From the NCBI GenBank assembly GCA_002269645.1, contig NIVC01004182.1:1-56353 (forward strand): a stretch of 56,353 bases of DNA, in the 5' to 3' direction. The notes beneath the pieces were generated by a model. The model made no database searches. It worked only from the letters and a program-made list of their open reading frames with translations, and was not told the DNA's origin. The translations under genes were made by a program, and so were the position numbers. Positions 36,280 through 51,480 of the stretch are shown one piece after another (within the stretch, counting starts at the first letter, position 1; each line of letters starts with the position of its first letter). The DNA comes from Macrostomum lignano. Its lineage: Eukaryota.

Positions 36280-39054
36280 GCAACTGCGGCTCAACAGCAG
36301 CAACAGCTGGCCCAGGAGCTCCTGGCCGAGGTGCGCGGCCAGCTGGCGATGCTTCAGTCGGCCGCCGCCAAGTCCACTGGCGACGCCGCCAGCCAGCAGC
36401 GGCAGCAGCTGCGCGATCAGCTGATCGCCGAGAACGCCGAGCTGCGCGCCGAAGCCGACCGTCTGCGCGACGAAATGATCCGGCTGCAGATGCGCAACGG
36501 CGTCGCCCAGGTGCCGCTGCTTCGTCCGGAGCCGCCGTCGTCTGCGTCGGCCTCAGCGACGGTAGCGGCTCCGACGCCTAGCGCTGCCGCTGAGAAGCCC
36601 AAAGCAGATTCCAAAGCCGGCAGCGCCGCAACCGCTGCTACTGCTGCTGCTTCTAATAAAAAACCGGGCAAGGTAGGTACACTCAACAGTATTTTGGGAT
36701 GCTGGGAGCAGAGTTGATGGAGCAGCAATCGTGGTATGCAGGAAGCAGAGTTGATGGAGCAGCAATTGTGGGATGCTGGAAGCAGAGTAGCAGAGTTGAT
36801 GGAGCATCAATTGGGGGGATGCTGGAAGCAGAGTTAATGGAGCATCAATTTGGGGGATGCTGGGAGCAGAGTTGATGGAGCATCAATTGGGGGGATGCTG
36901 GAAGCAGAGTTAATGGAGCATCAATTTGGGGGATGCTGGAAGCAGAGTTGATGGATGGAGCAGCAATTGTGGGATGCTGGAAGCAGAGTGTATGGAGCAG
37001 CAATTGTGGGATGCTGGAAGCAGAGTTGATGGAGCAGCAATTGTGGGATGCTGGAAGCAGAGTTGATGGAGCAGCAATTGTGGGATGCTGGAAGCAGAGT
37101 TGATGGAGCAGCAATTGTGGGATGCTGGAAGCAGAGTTGATGGAGCAGCAATTGTGGGATGCTGGAAGCAGAGTTGATGTAGATTTGATTGAACTACTGT
37201 ATATAGGATCGCCTACTGAATAGTAGTAAGTAAAGAATGTGAAGTGAGTCTCGTATGTATAAAATTAGGCACATATATTAGTAGTTAAACTTAGTAATTA
37301 GAACCAGTAACTTTTTTACGATGAAAAAATACACTACCTGCAGCTGAGGATCTTGATATTGCAAATCTCTTTTTTTGTTTTTATATGGGTGTAAATTTCC
37401 GCGCCGGTAGTTGCACTTGATGGCTATAATTATTTATACATCGAATCAATGTTTCCACAGGCTGCCGGACAAGCCAAGGATTCCGGCAAGCCAGCCGAGT
37501 CGAAGAAGACCGCCGGCAAAGAACCCGCTGCCGCCGACGGCGGTCTCGACGTGACCAGGCTGGACCTTCGAGTTGGCCGCATTGTGTCCGCCGAGAAGCA
37601 CCCGGACGCCGATGCGCTCTACGTTGAAACTGTCGACGTTGGCGAGGAGCGGCCGCGAACCATTGTGAGCGGCCTGGCTGCGCATGTTCCACTGCCCGAA
37701 CTGCAGGGTATGGAGGGGGCTTGCTGATTTTTGGTACTCCTACAGCATCCCTACAATTGCTGCTCCATCAACTCTGCTTCCAGCAACCCACAATTGCTGC
37801 TCCATCAACTCTGCTTCCTGCATGCCACAATTGCTGCTCCATCAACTCTGCTTCCAGCATCCCACAATTGCTGCTCCATCAACTCTGCTTCCAGCAACCC
37901 ACAATTGCTGCTCCATCAACTCTGCTTCCTGCATCCCACAATTGCTGCTCCATCAACTCTGCTTCCTGCATGCCACAATTGCTGCTCCAATAACTCTGCT
38001 TCCAGCAACCCACAATTGCTGCTCCATCAACTCTGCTTCCTGCATCCCACAATTGCTGCTCCATCAACTCTGCTTCCTGCATGCCACAATTGCTGCTCCA
38101 TCAACTCTGCTTCCTGCATGCCACAATTGCTGCTCCATCAACTCTGCTTCCTGCATGCCACAATTGCTGCTCCATCAACTCTGCTTCCTGCATGCCACAA
38201 TTGCTGCTCCATCAACTCTGCTTCCTGCATGCCACAATTGCTGCTCCATCAACTCTGCTTCCTGCATGCCACAATTGCTGCTCCATCAACTCTGCTTCCA
38301 GCATCCCACAATTGCTTCTCCATCAACTCTGCATCCTGCATGCCACAATTGCTGCTTCATCAACTCTGCTTCCAGCATCCCACAATTGCTGCTCCATCAA
38401 CTGTGCAATTGATGCTTCCAGCATCCCACAATTGCTGCTCCATCAACTGTGCAATTGATGCTTCCTGCATGCCACAATTGCTCCTCCATCAACTCTGCTT
38501 CCTGCATGCCACAATTGCTGCTCCATCAACTCTGCTTCCAGCATCCCACAATTGCTGCTCCATCAACTCTGCTTCCAGCATCCCACAATTGCTCCTCCAT
38601 CAACTCTGCTTCTGGCATCCCAAACTTTCTGCCCCATAGATCAAGTCTGCTTCCGTTGCTTCAAATATCTCCTGCACGCTACACTTTGCCTTTCTCACCC
38701 TGATCTGCTTCAGGCCGGCTAGCCGTCTTCCTGCTGAACCTGAAGCCGGCCAAAATGCGCGGCATCTCCAGCGAAGGCATGATCATGTGCGCTTCCGCTT
38801 CCGGTAAAGTCGAAACCCTGTCGCCTCCGCCCGGCGTCTCGCCCGGCGATCGCGTGTCCGTGGCCGGCTGTCCGAGTCCGGCCGAGCGGCCTCCGGACGC
38901 GCAGCTCAATCCGAAGAAGAAGATCTGGGAAGCATTGAAGCCGCACTGTCTTGTGGATGCGGACGGCTACGCCGGATTTAACGGCGCCCGCTGGCTGGTA
39001 GCCGGCAAAGGCGAGGTCCGGGCGCCCAGCCTGAAATCGGCGCAGATCTCCTAG
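36280..39054 (+). CDS. AIMP1: AIMP1/p43 (pro-EMAP-II), start codon not identified; exons 36280-36672, 37461-37707, 38714-39054
   Basis: N-terminal coiled coil ending NGVAQVPL. tRNA-binding OB fold [39 protein letters not shown]...[15 protein letters not shown]...LNPKKKIWE. Junctions are phase 0 and phase 1. Confidence 0.9.
36692..37178 (+). repeat. 37-bp minisatellite (gggatgctggaagcagagttgatggagcagcaattgt), AIMP1 intron 1
   Basis: About 13 units. Confidence 0.93.
37742..38622 (-). repeat. The same 37-bp minisatellite in inverted orientation, AIMP1 intron 2
   Basis: Unit acaattgctgctccatcaactctgcttccagcatccc is the exact reverse complement of the intron 1 unit. About 24 units. Confidence 0.93.
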
Positions 39055-39384
39055 TAGTTACCATGCAGCTGGTACGGTCTTGCGTGCGGAATAGCGGACA
39101 GGCAGACTGAGTTGATATTTAGAAAATTGAATAGGCTATTATAGCTGAAATTATAAAAATTGCGCAAAACTATCGCGTTGATGATAAAACTAAATTTAAC
39201 TGCGCGTGTTGTATTTTTGGTCTGGACTTTTGTGTGTGTAGTTGCTTTTTTTACTTATCTTGTGTGTCCGAATAGTTTCGAAGGCTTTTGGTGGATAGAA
39301 TTCGAGAGGTAACAGAGAGCAGCTTGGTAGAGAGGGGAGGAGAGACTTGGTAGAGGCCGTTAGGAGATTTCACGGTAAAAAAGG

Positions 39385-40925
39385 CACATGTAGGAGAAGC
39401 TCAGGTAGAGGGGGTAGGAGAGGCTCAGGTAGAGGTGGTAGGAGAGGCTCAGGTAGAGGGGTAGGAGAGGCTCATGTAGAGGAGTAGGAGAGGCTCATGT
39501 AGAGGAGTAGGAGAGGCTCATGTAGAGGGGTAGGAGAGGCTCATGTAGAGGGGTAGGAGAGGCTCAGGTAGAGGGGTAGGAGAGGCTCAGGTAGAGGAGT
39601 AGTAGGAGAGGCTCAGTTAGAGGGGTAGGAGAGGCTCATGTAGAGGGGTAGGAGAGGCTCATGTAGAGGAGTAGGAGAGGCTCAGGTAGAGGGGTAGGAG
39701 AGGCTCAGGTAGAGGAGTAGTAGGAGAGGCTCAGTTAGAGGGGTAGGAGAGGCTCATGTAGAGGGTAGTAGAGGCTCGGGTAGAGGGTAGGAGAGGCTCA
39801 GCTAGAGGGTTAGGAGAGGCTCAGGTAGAGGGTTAGGAGAGGCTCAGGTAGAGAGGGGGTAGGAGAGGCTCAGGTAGAGGGGATAGGAGAGGCTCAGGTA
39901 GAGGGGATAGGAGAGGCTCAGGTAGAGAGGGGATAGGAGAGGCTCAGGTAGAGGGTAGGAGAGGCTCAGGTAGAGGGTAGTAGAGGCTCAGGTAGAGGGG
40001 ATAGGAGAGGCTCAGGTAGAGAGGGGATAGGAGAGGCTCAGGTAGAGGGTAGGAGAGGCTCAGGTAGAGAGGGGATAGGAGAGGCTCAGGTAGAGGGTAG
40101 GAGAGGCTTAGGTAGAGGTGATAGGAGAGGCTCAGGTAGAGGAGGTAGGAGAGGCTCAGGTAGAGGAGGTAGGAGAGGCTCAGGTAGAGGAGGTAGGAGA
40201 GGCTCAGGTAGAGGTGGTAGGAGAGGCTCAGGTAGAGGAGGTAGGAGAGGCTCAGGTAGAGGAGGTAGGAGAAGCTCAGGTAGAGGTGGTAGGAGAGGCT
40301 CAGGTAGAGGAGGTAGGAGAGGCTCAGGTAGAGGAGGTAGGAGAGGCTCAGGTAGAGGAGGTAGGAGAGGCTCAGGTAGAGGAGGTAGGAGAGGCTCAGG
40401 TAGAGGAGGTAGGAGAGGCTCAGGTAGAGGAGGTAGGAGAGGCTCAGGTAGAGGTGGTAGGAGAGGCTCAGGTAGAGGAGGTAGGAGAGGCTCAGGTAGA
40501 GGTGGTAGGAGAGGCTCAGGTAGAGGAGGTAGGAGAGGCTCAGGTAGAGGTGGTAGGAAAGGCTCAGGTAGAGGTGGTAGGAGAGGCTCAGGTAGAGGAG
40601 GTAGGAGAGGCTCAGGTAGAGGAGGTAGGAGAGGCTCAGGTAGAGGTGGTAGGAGAGGCTCAGGTAGAGGAGGTAGGAGAGGCTCAGGTAGAGGAGGTAG
40701 GAGAGGCTCAGGTAGAGGAGGTAGGAGAGGCTCAGGTAGAGGTGGTAGGAGAGGCTCAGGTAGAGGAGGTAGGAGAGGCTCAGGTAGAGGTGGTAGGAGA
40801 GGCTCAGGTAGAGGAGGTAGGAGAGGCTCAGGTAGAGGTGGTAGGAGAGGCTCAGGTAGAGGTGGTAGGAGAGGCTCAGGTAGAGGAGGTAGGAGAGGCT
40901 CAGGTAGAGGAGGTAGGAGAGCTGG
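39385..40925. repeat. 24-bp purine-rich minisatellite (gtaggagaggctcaggtagaggag)
   Basis: About 64 units. This array explains the spurious GEAQVEEV ORF. Confidence 0.95.
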
Positions 40926-41011
40926 AGTAGAACTCGTCAGGGTTTAAGGATTCTTAGAAGCGCATTTGAAACTGCGGATCGGAGATCTACAATAAAATTA
41001 ACTTCTTTCAG

Positions 41012-42419
41012 CGAATCTCCCTCGCTTTTCGCGGCCTGACTGACCTGGCCTCGGCCCAGGCGCTATGGCAACCGCCTAGCAACCAGATTACCGAGCTGGA
41101 TCTGTCTGGCAACTGCCTCACAGATGCCTCCCTGCGCGAGCTGGCCCGCCTGCCCCGATTGGACACCCTGGTGCTGGACGGCAATCGGCTCACCTGTCTG
41201 GCCCACCTGCCCAATCTGCCGAGACTTCGCGTACTGTGGCTCAATCGGAACAGTTTGCATAATCTGGCCGACTGCGTGCACAGGCTCATACGCTGCTGTC
41301 CCAGCCTGGCCTCTCTGTCCATGATGGACAACCCGGCTGCGCCCAGCTATTTTAATGGTGCCTCTTATCAGGAGTACGAGGACTACAGGTGGGGCCAATG
41401 ATATTTTGCTCAGCATCTAATAGTCCTGATAATCACATCTAGCACCATCTAGCCTAGAATCTCCCCTTAGCAAAGCCTAGAAACGCCCCTTAGCAACGCC
41501 TAGAATCGGCTCTTAGCAACGCCTAGAATTGCCCTTAGCGACGCCTAGAATCGCCCCTTAGCGACGCCTAGAATCGCCCTTAGCGACGCCTAGAATCGCC
41601 CTTAGCAACGCCTAGAATCGCCCTTAGCGACGCCTAGAATCGCCCCTTAGCGACGCCTAGAATCGCCCCTTAGCGACGCCTAGAATCGCCTCTTAGCGAC
41701 GCCTAGAATCGCCCCTTAGCAACACCTAAAATCGCCTCTTAGCAACGCCTAGAATCGCCTCTTAGCGACGCCTAGAATCGCCCCTTAGCGACGCCTAGAA
41801 TCGCCTCTTAGCGACGCCTAGAATCGCCCCTTAGCAACACCTAAAATCGCCTCTTAGCAACGCCTAGAATCGCCCTTAGCGACGCCTAGAATCGCCTCTT
41901 AGCGACGCCTAGAATCGCCCCTTAGCAACGCCTAGGATCGCCCTTAGCAACGCCTAGAAGCGCCCCTTACCAACGTCCAGACTCGTCCCTTAGCAACCCC
42001 TATAATCGCCCCTTAGCAACGCCTATAATCGCCCCTTAGCAACGCCTAGAATCACCCCTTAGCAACACCTAAAATCGCCTCTTAGCGACGCCTAGAATCG
42101 CCCTTTAGCAACGCCTATAATTAGCCTTAACAACGCCTATAATTAGCCTTAACAACGCCTATAATTAGTTTAGCAACGCCTAGATTCGCCCCTTAGCAAC
42201 CCCGATAATCGCCCCTCAGAAGAGATTATCAATCAGCATCAGCAGCCCAGCTTACCCCCTCAACCTCCCGCCAGACACTTCGTGATCTCCCAGTGCGGCC
42301 GGCGCCTCCAAGATCTTGACGGCATCCGGGTGACGCCTAACGAGCGCCAGGCAAGCGCGCGCGCTTTTCCTCGAATCGTGCTGGCGCCGCCTGGCCAAGG
42401 CCGGACTGAGTCGCTTTGA
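41012..42419 (+). CDS. LRMDA (C10orf11)-like leucine-rich repeat protein, no in-frame ATG at the first exon; exons 41012-41388, 42275-42419
   Basis: RISLAFRGL...ELDLSGNCL...TLVLDGNRL...VLWLNRNSL...LSMMDNPAAPSYFNG...YEDYR|HFVISQ...LDGIRVTPNER is an LRR plus LRRcap arrangement typical of LRMDA-like proteins. Junction is phase 2. Confidence 0.8.
41450..42215. repeat. 22-23-bp minisatellite (cgcctagaatcgccccttagcga), LRMDA-like intron
   Basis: About 33 units. Confidence 0.93.
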
Positions 42420-43372
42420 CTTTTCCCCTATAATTTACCTGTCATATAAGGTGAATATAAATGCATTATTGCGCCGCTTTTGTTTATAGGTGGCAGGCTG
42501 TGAGGTTTCTGCATAAATTGATTGTAAATTCAAATGCACTCTACTTGAGCGAGGCAGGCTTGTAAGCTTTGGTTTACGATTATTTTGCTCATAATGTTTT
42601 TTTCGTGGCCATAATAAAACAAAGAGAAATATTTTTAATATCTTATTTCCTCATTAATACATTTTACATGATTGCCGATTCCCAACTATTTTTTATGTAT
42701 TCGAGTCCACTTCTGCTGTTGCAATATATTGTTATTGAATTATCGCAATATTACGAGCAGTCTATTTTAACTCTTCAACTCATTCCTGGCGATCCGACTG
42801 TTTTGTGCCTTATGTTTTTATCCGTGCCGTTTTCAATAAATCATTGTTTATCTACTGGTCGACTGTGTTTCGTGAATTATAAATTTGACAAAATAACTCC
42901 GGCCTTTGATGTTGTTAAATTTGACTTTGGGAACGACTGCAGCCCTGTGGATTCTTGTCTTTGGCTGTCTTCTATCTTGCACTTCCTCTTTGGTCTGTTA
43001 TTCACTGTTGCCATGGAGACACTGTTGGCCACTTCCTGTGCCCTGCACTTGGCATTTGACAGCCCTGTGATGGCCTGGATCGATGGAAATTCGATCGCTC
43101 AGCTTCCTTCCAATGGTCCCTCATCAAATTGGCGCAAATGAGAAAGTCAGTTGGAGCTAGCAGATGAAGAGCCAATGGCTTCTATATTCTAGAAAGGTGC
43201 TACATTCGGAAAGGTTGTGAGAGTAGTTGAAGACAGATTGATGAAGTTTTTAAACTCCCATTCTGACAAATTCTAAAGAATTGAATGTAAAATGTTGCTT
43301 ATTAGCGATCTTCTGCGTTAGTATCGTTGTCTCTGGCAGTTCGTCAATTTTTCAAATTGACTGGGTGATGCC

Positions 43373-43732
43373 CCCTTCTGCATGTACATCCTCAGGTGAT
43401 ACCGCCTTCTGCATGTACATCCTCGGGTGATACCGCCTTCTGCATGTACATCCTCGGGTGATACCGCCTTCTGCATGTACATCCTCGGGTGATACCGCCT
43501 TCTGCATGTACATCCTCGGGTGATACCGCCTTCTGCATGTACATCCTCGGGTGATACCGCCTTCTGCATGTACATCCTCGGGTGATACCGCCTTCTGCAT
43601 GTACATCCTCGGGTGATACCGCCTTCTGCATGTACATCCTCGGGTGATAGCGCCTTCTGCATGTACATCCTCGGGTGATACCGCCTGCATGTACATCCTC
43701 GGGTGATACCGCCTTCTGCATGTACATCCTCG
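43373..43732. repeat. 31-bp minisatellite (gccttctgcatgtacatcctcgggtgatacc)
   Basis: About 11-12 units. Confidence 0.95.
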
Positions 43733-44299
43733 AATCCTTCTAGATTCTGTCTTGTATAATCTTTAAGTTATGGTCATAACTACAGTATACATATATTTAG
43801 CATTCGAAGCATTTCGATCGCTTTCTTAGTATCACTAGCTGATGGCTTTCATACTTGAATCTGGTGCAGCAACGCCTGTAGACCAACTGAGATGAAAAAT
43901 TGCAGATAACCGCATTGACAGCAAATATTTCAGACTCTGTCGCATTTCCTGTCTGTCTGTCTCTGCATTCCGGTGCTCCGAGTCCAGTAGTATTGGAGTG
44001 TTTGGTTGTGGCAGATCGAGTTTTAGCATACCTAATTGGGGCTCGTATTGGCTAGTGCTACATGTAGGTAAAGGTATTGACGCTTCCTGCCTGAAGAAAG
44101 GTCGCACGGGCCGACACTGAAGCCGCGTCTCGCTTGCACAATCTGGTTGGATAAATTTGTAAACACTTCCAGGGCCAGGCCGCCTCTCTTTCCCTTATAA
44201 AACATGGAGAACAGCGCGGCGGCGTTGAGGCGGGAACATTGTTTAGAAGATTCAAAGCCTGTATGAAGCCAATCGAATAAACAAATTAAACCGTAAGGC

Positions 44300-46066
44300 A
44301 TGTCAAAGGTGCAACTGTTGCTGGGCCTGTTGCTGCCGATTCTGATTGTCGGCGGCTCGACTTACTCGGAGTCTCTGTCGTGCGCGTTCATCCGGGGCGA
44401 CGCGATTCAGCTGTACCAGTGCGGCTCGCTAGAGCAGTTTCCAGCGGATGTCTTGCCCAGTCCGATGCTGGTTGAACAGGGCCTGCCGGAGCTCCGAGTG
44501 CCCGATACGGGCATTGTGCTGTTCAACGCTACATTGGTCAGGCCGCAGCCTTCGCCGCTGAGCATGCCAGCTGAAGTCAGGCGGTGCGGCCTGGCCGACC
44601 TGGGCAATCGGCTCAGCGGCGGCGCCAACGGCAGCGGCCTGCTGCTCAACTTCAGCGGCATGTCGCTGCGCTTCGGAGGTCACGGCGAATTCGACGGTCT
44701 GTCGCCTCCGGCTGCCACCTGGCTCGACTTGTCAAGAAATCTCATCGACATTGTGCCATCTGGAGTGCTGGACTCCCTGCCGAATCTGGTTGCGCTCGAT
44801 TTGTCGTGGAATCGCATCGAACACCTGGACAAAGACACATTCTGCTCGATCGGCAGCACTCTGCGCTGGCTGGACCTTCGCGGCAACCCCATGCTGGCCA
44901 CATACGCCCTGCCGGTGCTGCACTCGCTGGAGTGGCTGGACGCCAGCCTGTCGAAGATCCTCACCGGCTCCTTCTGCCGCATGGCCAGCCTCCGCCGGGT
45001 GACGATGCACGGCACGGTGGAACAGCTCAACTGCTTCGTGTTCGACAGCCTGCCGAATTTGACCGAGCTCAGCTTGACTTACAAGAAGAACGCAAAGAAT
45101 ATTTGTCAGACAATGATGTGCGACCCGCATCCAGTGCTGGGAAGTCCGGTTCCATTCAACTTTAGTCTGACTCGCGTCATTACTCGTAGCAACGGTTCCG
45201 TGAATTTTAAAGCAATAAATTTTTACTTGCGCAATAGTTCTACACGTATTTTGCACAGACAGATCTACAAAGCTGTTTGCACGGATAACTACGAGCACTA
45301 CCTGACCTACCACAATAGAAGTATGCCGGCAACGCTGGGCTGTCTCAGCACTGTGGAAGAGTCACCAGCGTGTCCGAAGTCCTCGCCAGTATTCGCCTGC
45401 ATGCAGCCGAAAACACCGCCGACAAGCGCTGGACCCACTACGGGAGCAGCAACTAAAAAAGCGGCAACGAACTCGAACCCTGTCACCACAGATTCTTCAA
45501 CAGCTCTCGTGGAATCCGTTGAACTCGTTGAGTCGACAGCGCCTTCGACCGTCGGTGCGGTTGTAGAAGACTCGGACTCAGCAAACCACACGGGCTGGAA
45601 ATCGTCCAGCTCCAACTCTGTCGCTGCCAACAAAATCAAAGAGGCTCTCGCGCAGCAGCGGATTCGATCCATGGAGCTGGAAAACGAGATTCTTCGCCTG
45701 GAACTGGTGATAAAAGTAGTATATTCAGTGAGCACAGTCCTGTTTGTGGTCATTCTGCTATTGGCTGGCCACATGGTGAAGGTGTGGTGTCGCCAGACTC
45801 GGCAAAGGCGGCGAAACTTCGGTCGCGACCAGATGCTGAGCCCGGAACAGCATCCGCTTTATCAGACTGGTGCCGCGTCCAAAGCGGCTGAAACCGAAGC
45901 TGCTGTCGCCGCCACCGACGCCGCTGCCGCATCGAACTGCGACCAGGAGCTCCCGCAGCCAGGTAGCGATGCCGAGAACGACTACCTGCCGATGCGAGAT
46001 CCCGTTTACACGAAACTGCCCGACGTGTTTCCCAATCCGATCTACGGCAGAAGCAGCAAGGCTTGA
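44300..46066 (+). CDS. Intronless LRR-containing type-I membrane protein, 588 aa
   Basis: Signal peptide MSKVQLLLGLLLPILIVGGS. LRRs (LDLSRNLI, LDLSWNRI, LDLRGNP). S/T-rich stalk, coiled coil, TM VVYSVSTVLFVVILLLAG and a cytoplasmic tail with Tyr motifs. Confidence 0.88.
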   Translation: MSKVQLLLGLLLPILIVGGSTYSESLSCAFIRGDAIQLYQCGSLEQFPADVLPSPMLVEQGLPELRVPDTGIVLFNATLVRPQPSPLSMPAEVRRCGLADLGNRLSGGANGSGLLLNFSGMSLRFGGHGEFDGLSPPAATWLDLSRNLIDIVPSGVLDSLPNLVALDLSWNRIEHLDKDTFCSIGSTLRWLDLRGNPMLATYALPVLHSLEWLDASLSKILTGSFCRMASLRRVTMHGTVEQLNCFVFDSLPNLTELSLTYKKNAKNICQTMMCDPHPVLGSPVPFNFSLTRVITRSNGSVNFKAINFYLRNSSTRILHRQIYKAVCTDNYEHYLTYHNRSMPATLGCLSTVEESPACPKSSPVFACMQPKTPPTSAGPTTGAATKKAATNSNPVTTDSSTALVESVELVESTAPSTVGAVVEDSDSANHTGWKSSSSNSVAANKIKEALAQQRIRSMELENEILRLELVIKVVYSVSTVLFVVILLLAGHMVKVWCRQTRQRRRNFGRDQMLSPEQHPLYQTGAASKAAETEAAVAATDAAAASNCDQELPQPGSDAENDYLPMRDPVYTKLPDVFPNPIYGRSSKA

Positions 46067-47189
46067 CTTCGCTATTCGATTAACTCAATCGGGTTTGGAT
46101 CGAACAGTCGTCACGTGACCCTAAAAGCTGGTCGTTTTGCTGTTCTTACAATATGCGCATACGATTAGTGTTTTTTGGTCTGCAAAGACGCAGTGTGCAT
46201 TAAGCAGTTGCTGGAAGAAGGAGAATCCTTCCAGTTTATGTGCTTTGCTGCGTCTGGATTGAGCAACGATTGAGCTACCAAAACCGTCGAATAAGTAGTA
46301 ACCGTGCTTGGATTGACTTGGAAAAGTCTTGGAACGTAGGATGTTTCCTCATCCCACATTATTAATCTTCGATTCGCGATGAAAATTGAGGGTCTTAAGC
46401 TTGTAAAACACACTTTTTGTAAAGCATTCGTTATTCATGTTACGTATCTGCTTGTTCTCTTTCATGATTAAACATTCTCATGAGTATTTTTATGCTTGTT
46501 TTTGATAATTTTCAGTTCACCTTCTAAGATTTATTTTAGATATGCACACTGGTAGCTTTATAGTAGTATAACAGGCTCGTTTTTGCCCTACGTGTACTTA
46601 GCTAAAAACATTATAAATACACAAATCGGTATAGCCGGCAGTCTTACACCCGCTATTATTCATTACTAGCTTACACTTTTACAAACCTTTCTCATATAGT
46701 TCTACTTAATTAACGGCGCATTTCCTCTCCTTGTAATGCAGCATGTGGCGCATTATACGCGCGGATTTTGAGTAAAATTCTCTAGAGAGCCTGTACTATA
46801 CAATTGAGTAGGAGAGGTTGGCGGTGGGGTACAGTGTGAACGCACAGTCCTCATCGACCCCAGGAAAATCATGCCATTATACTGCGGTGTAGAGCACTAG
46901 CTGGAGGCAGAGACGCGCATAAGACCAAAGCTCCCATGGTTGGGTGGCACAAGTCGCGTCAGGTTGAGCTGGTCCGTTCTCTTCATGGCTTCTCTGCCTG
47001 TCCCTCTGCCTCTCTTTCTCTCCCGCCCTCCCTCCCACCTCTCTCTTACTTTCTTCTCCAACCACGAAGCTTAATGCAGCTTGAAGCGCATGTGTATATA
47101 TTGGGTGAAGTTCATGCCCGTTTATTTCAATTCGCATTTTTGCTACACAGCAGTAACAGCAGCATTTGGCACGGAGCAAACTTAGGCCA

Positions 47190-50922
<3,733 letters not shown>

Positions 50923-51480
50923 GAGTTTCTGCCAATTCCGAGGATCTCAGGCTCAGATTGACAGCCCAACTCTAATTTTTTTCGTTTATTGTGTTTCATT
51001 TAAACTTTTATTTTAGCGAAATTTAACTTTTCTCATTCTATTCCTTCGAACCAATTTTGCTCGCGAGTTGAGTAGATAATTTGGTTTCGCGCGCAAAACT
51101 CTTTTGTTTATTACTGCTAAATTATTCGCACCCGGAAATCCAACCCGGAAGAAACTTTGTTTCGTTTTGTAACAAATCTCTCCAGAGCAAGTTTTGCAAG
51201 CTTCGCTTTCGGCACAGCTCTTTCTACGAATCTACACGGTTTTTTCTCTAACGTTTTTGCTCTACTAATAGTAGTATGACGAAGAAGATAAAATATAATT
51301 CACTTTGAAACAACTATTAGATTTAATTGGAGTTTTTTTCGAAGATTTTTATTTGATTAACTACTGAATGTTTGACTTGTTATAAATGTATCGTAGATTA
51401 GCTCCGTTTTGGCGCCAGTTCGAATTTGAAGCGATATTGGGCAGTGATAGATTGGTGTTGAGTAGTTAGCTTTCAGGTCT

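Noticed and set aside
39181-39308. Hydrophobic 42-codon ORF ending at a donor (GAG|GTAACA) as first exon of the LRMDA-like gene
   Set aside because: It ends in phase 2 whereas the LRR exon needs phase 0, so joining gives a stop within nine codons. It is AT-rich and probably AIMP1 3' UTR.
42569-43141. 190-aa ORF
   Set aside because: TTG start, AT-rich, F/I/L-biased and no recognisable domain, unlike the GC-rich true exons.
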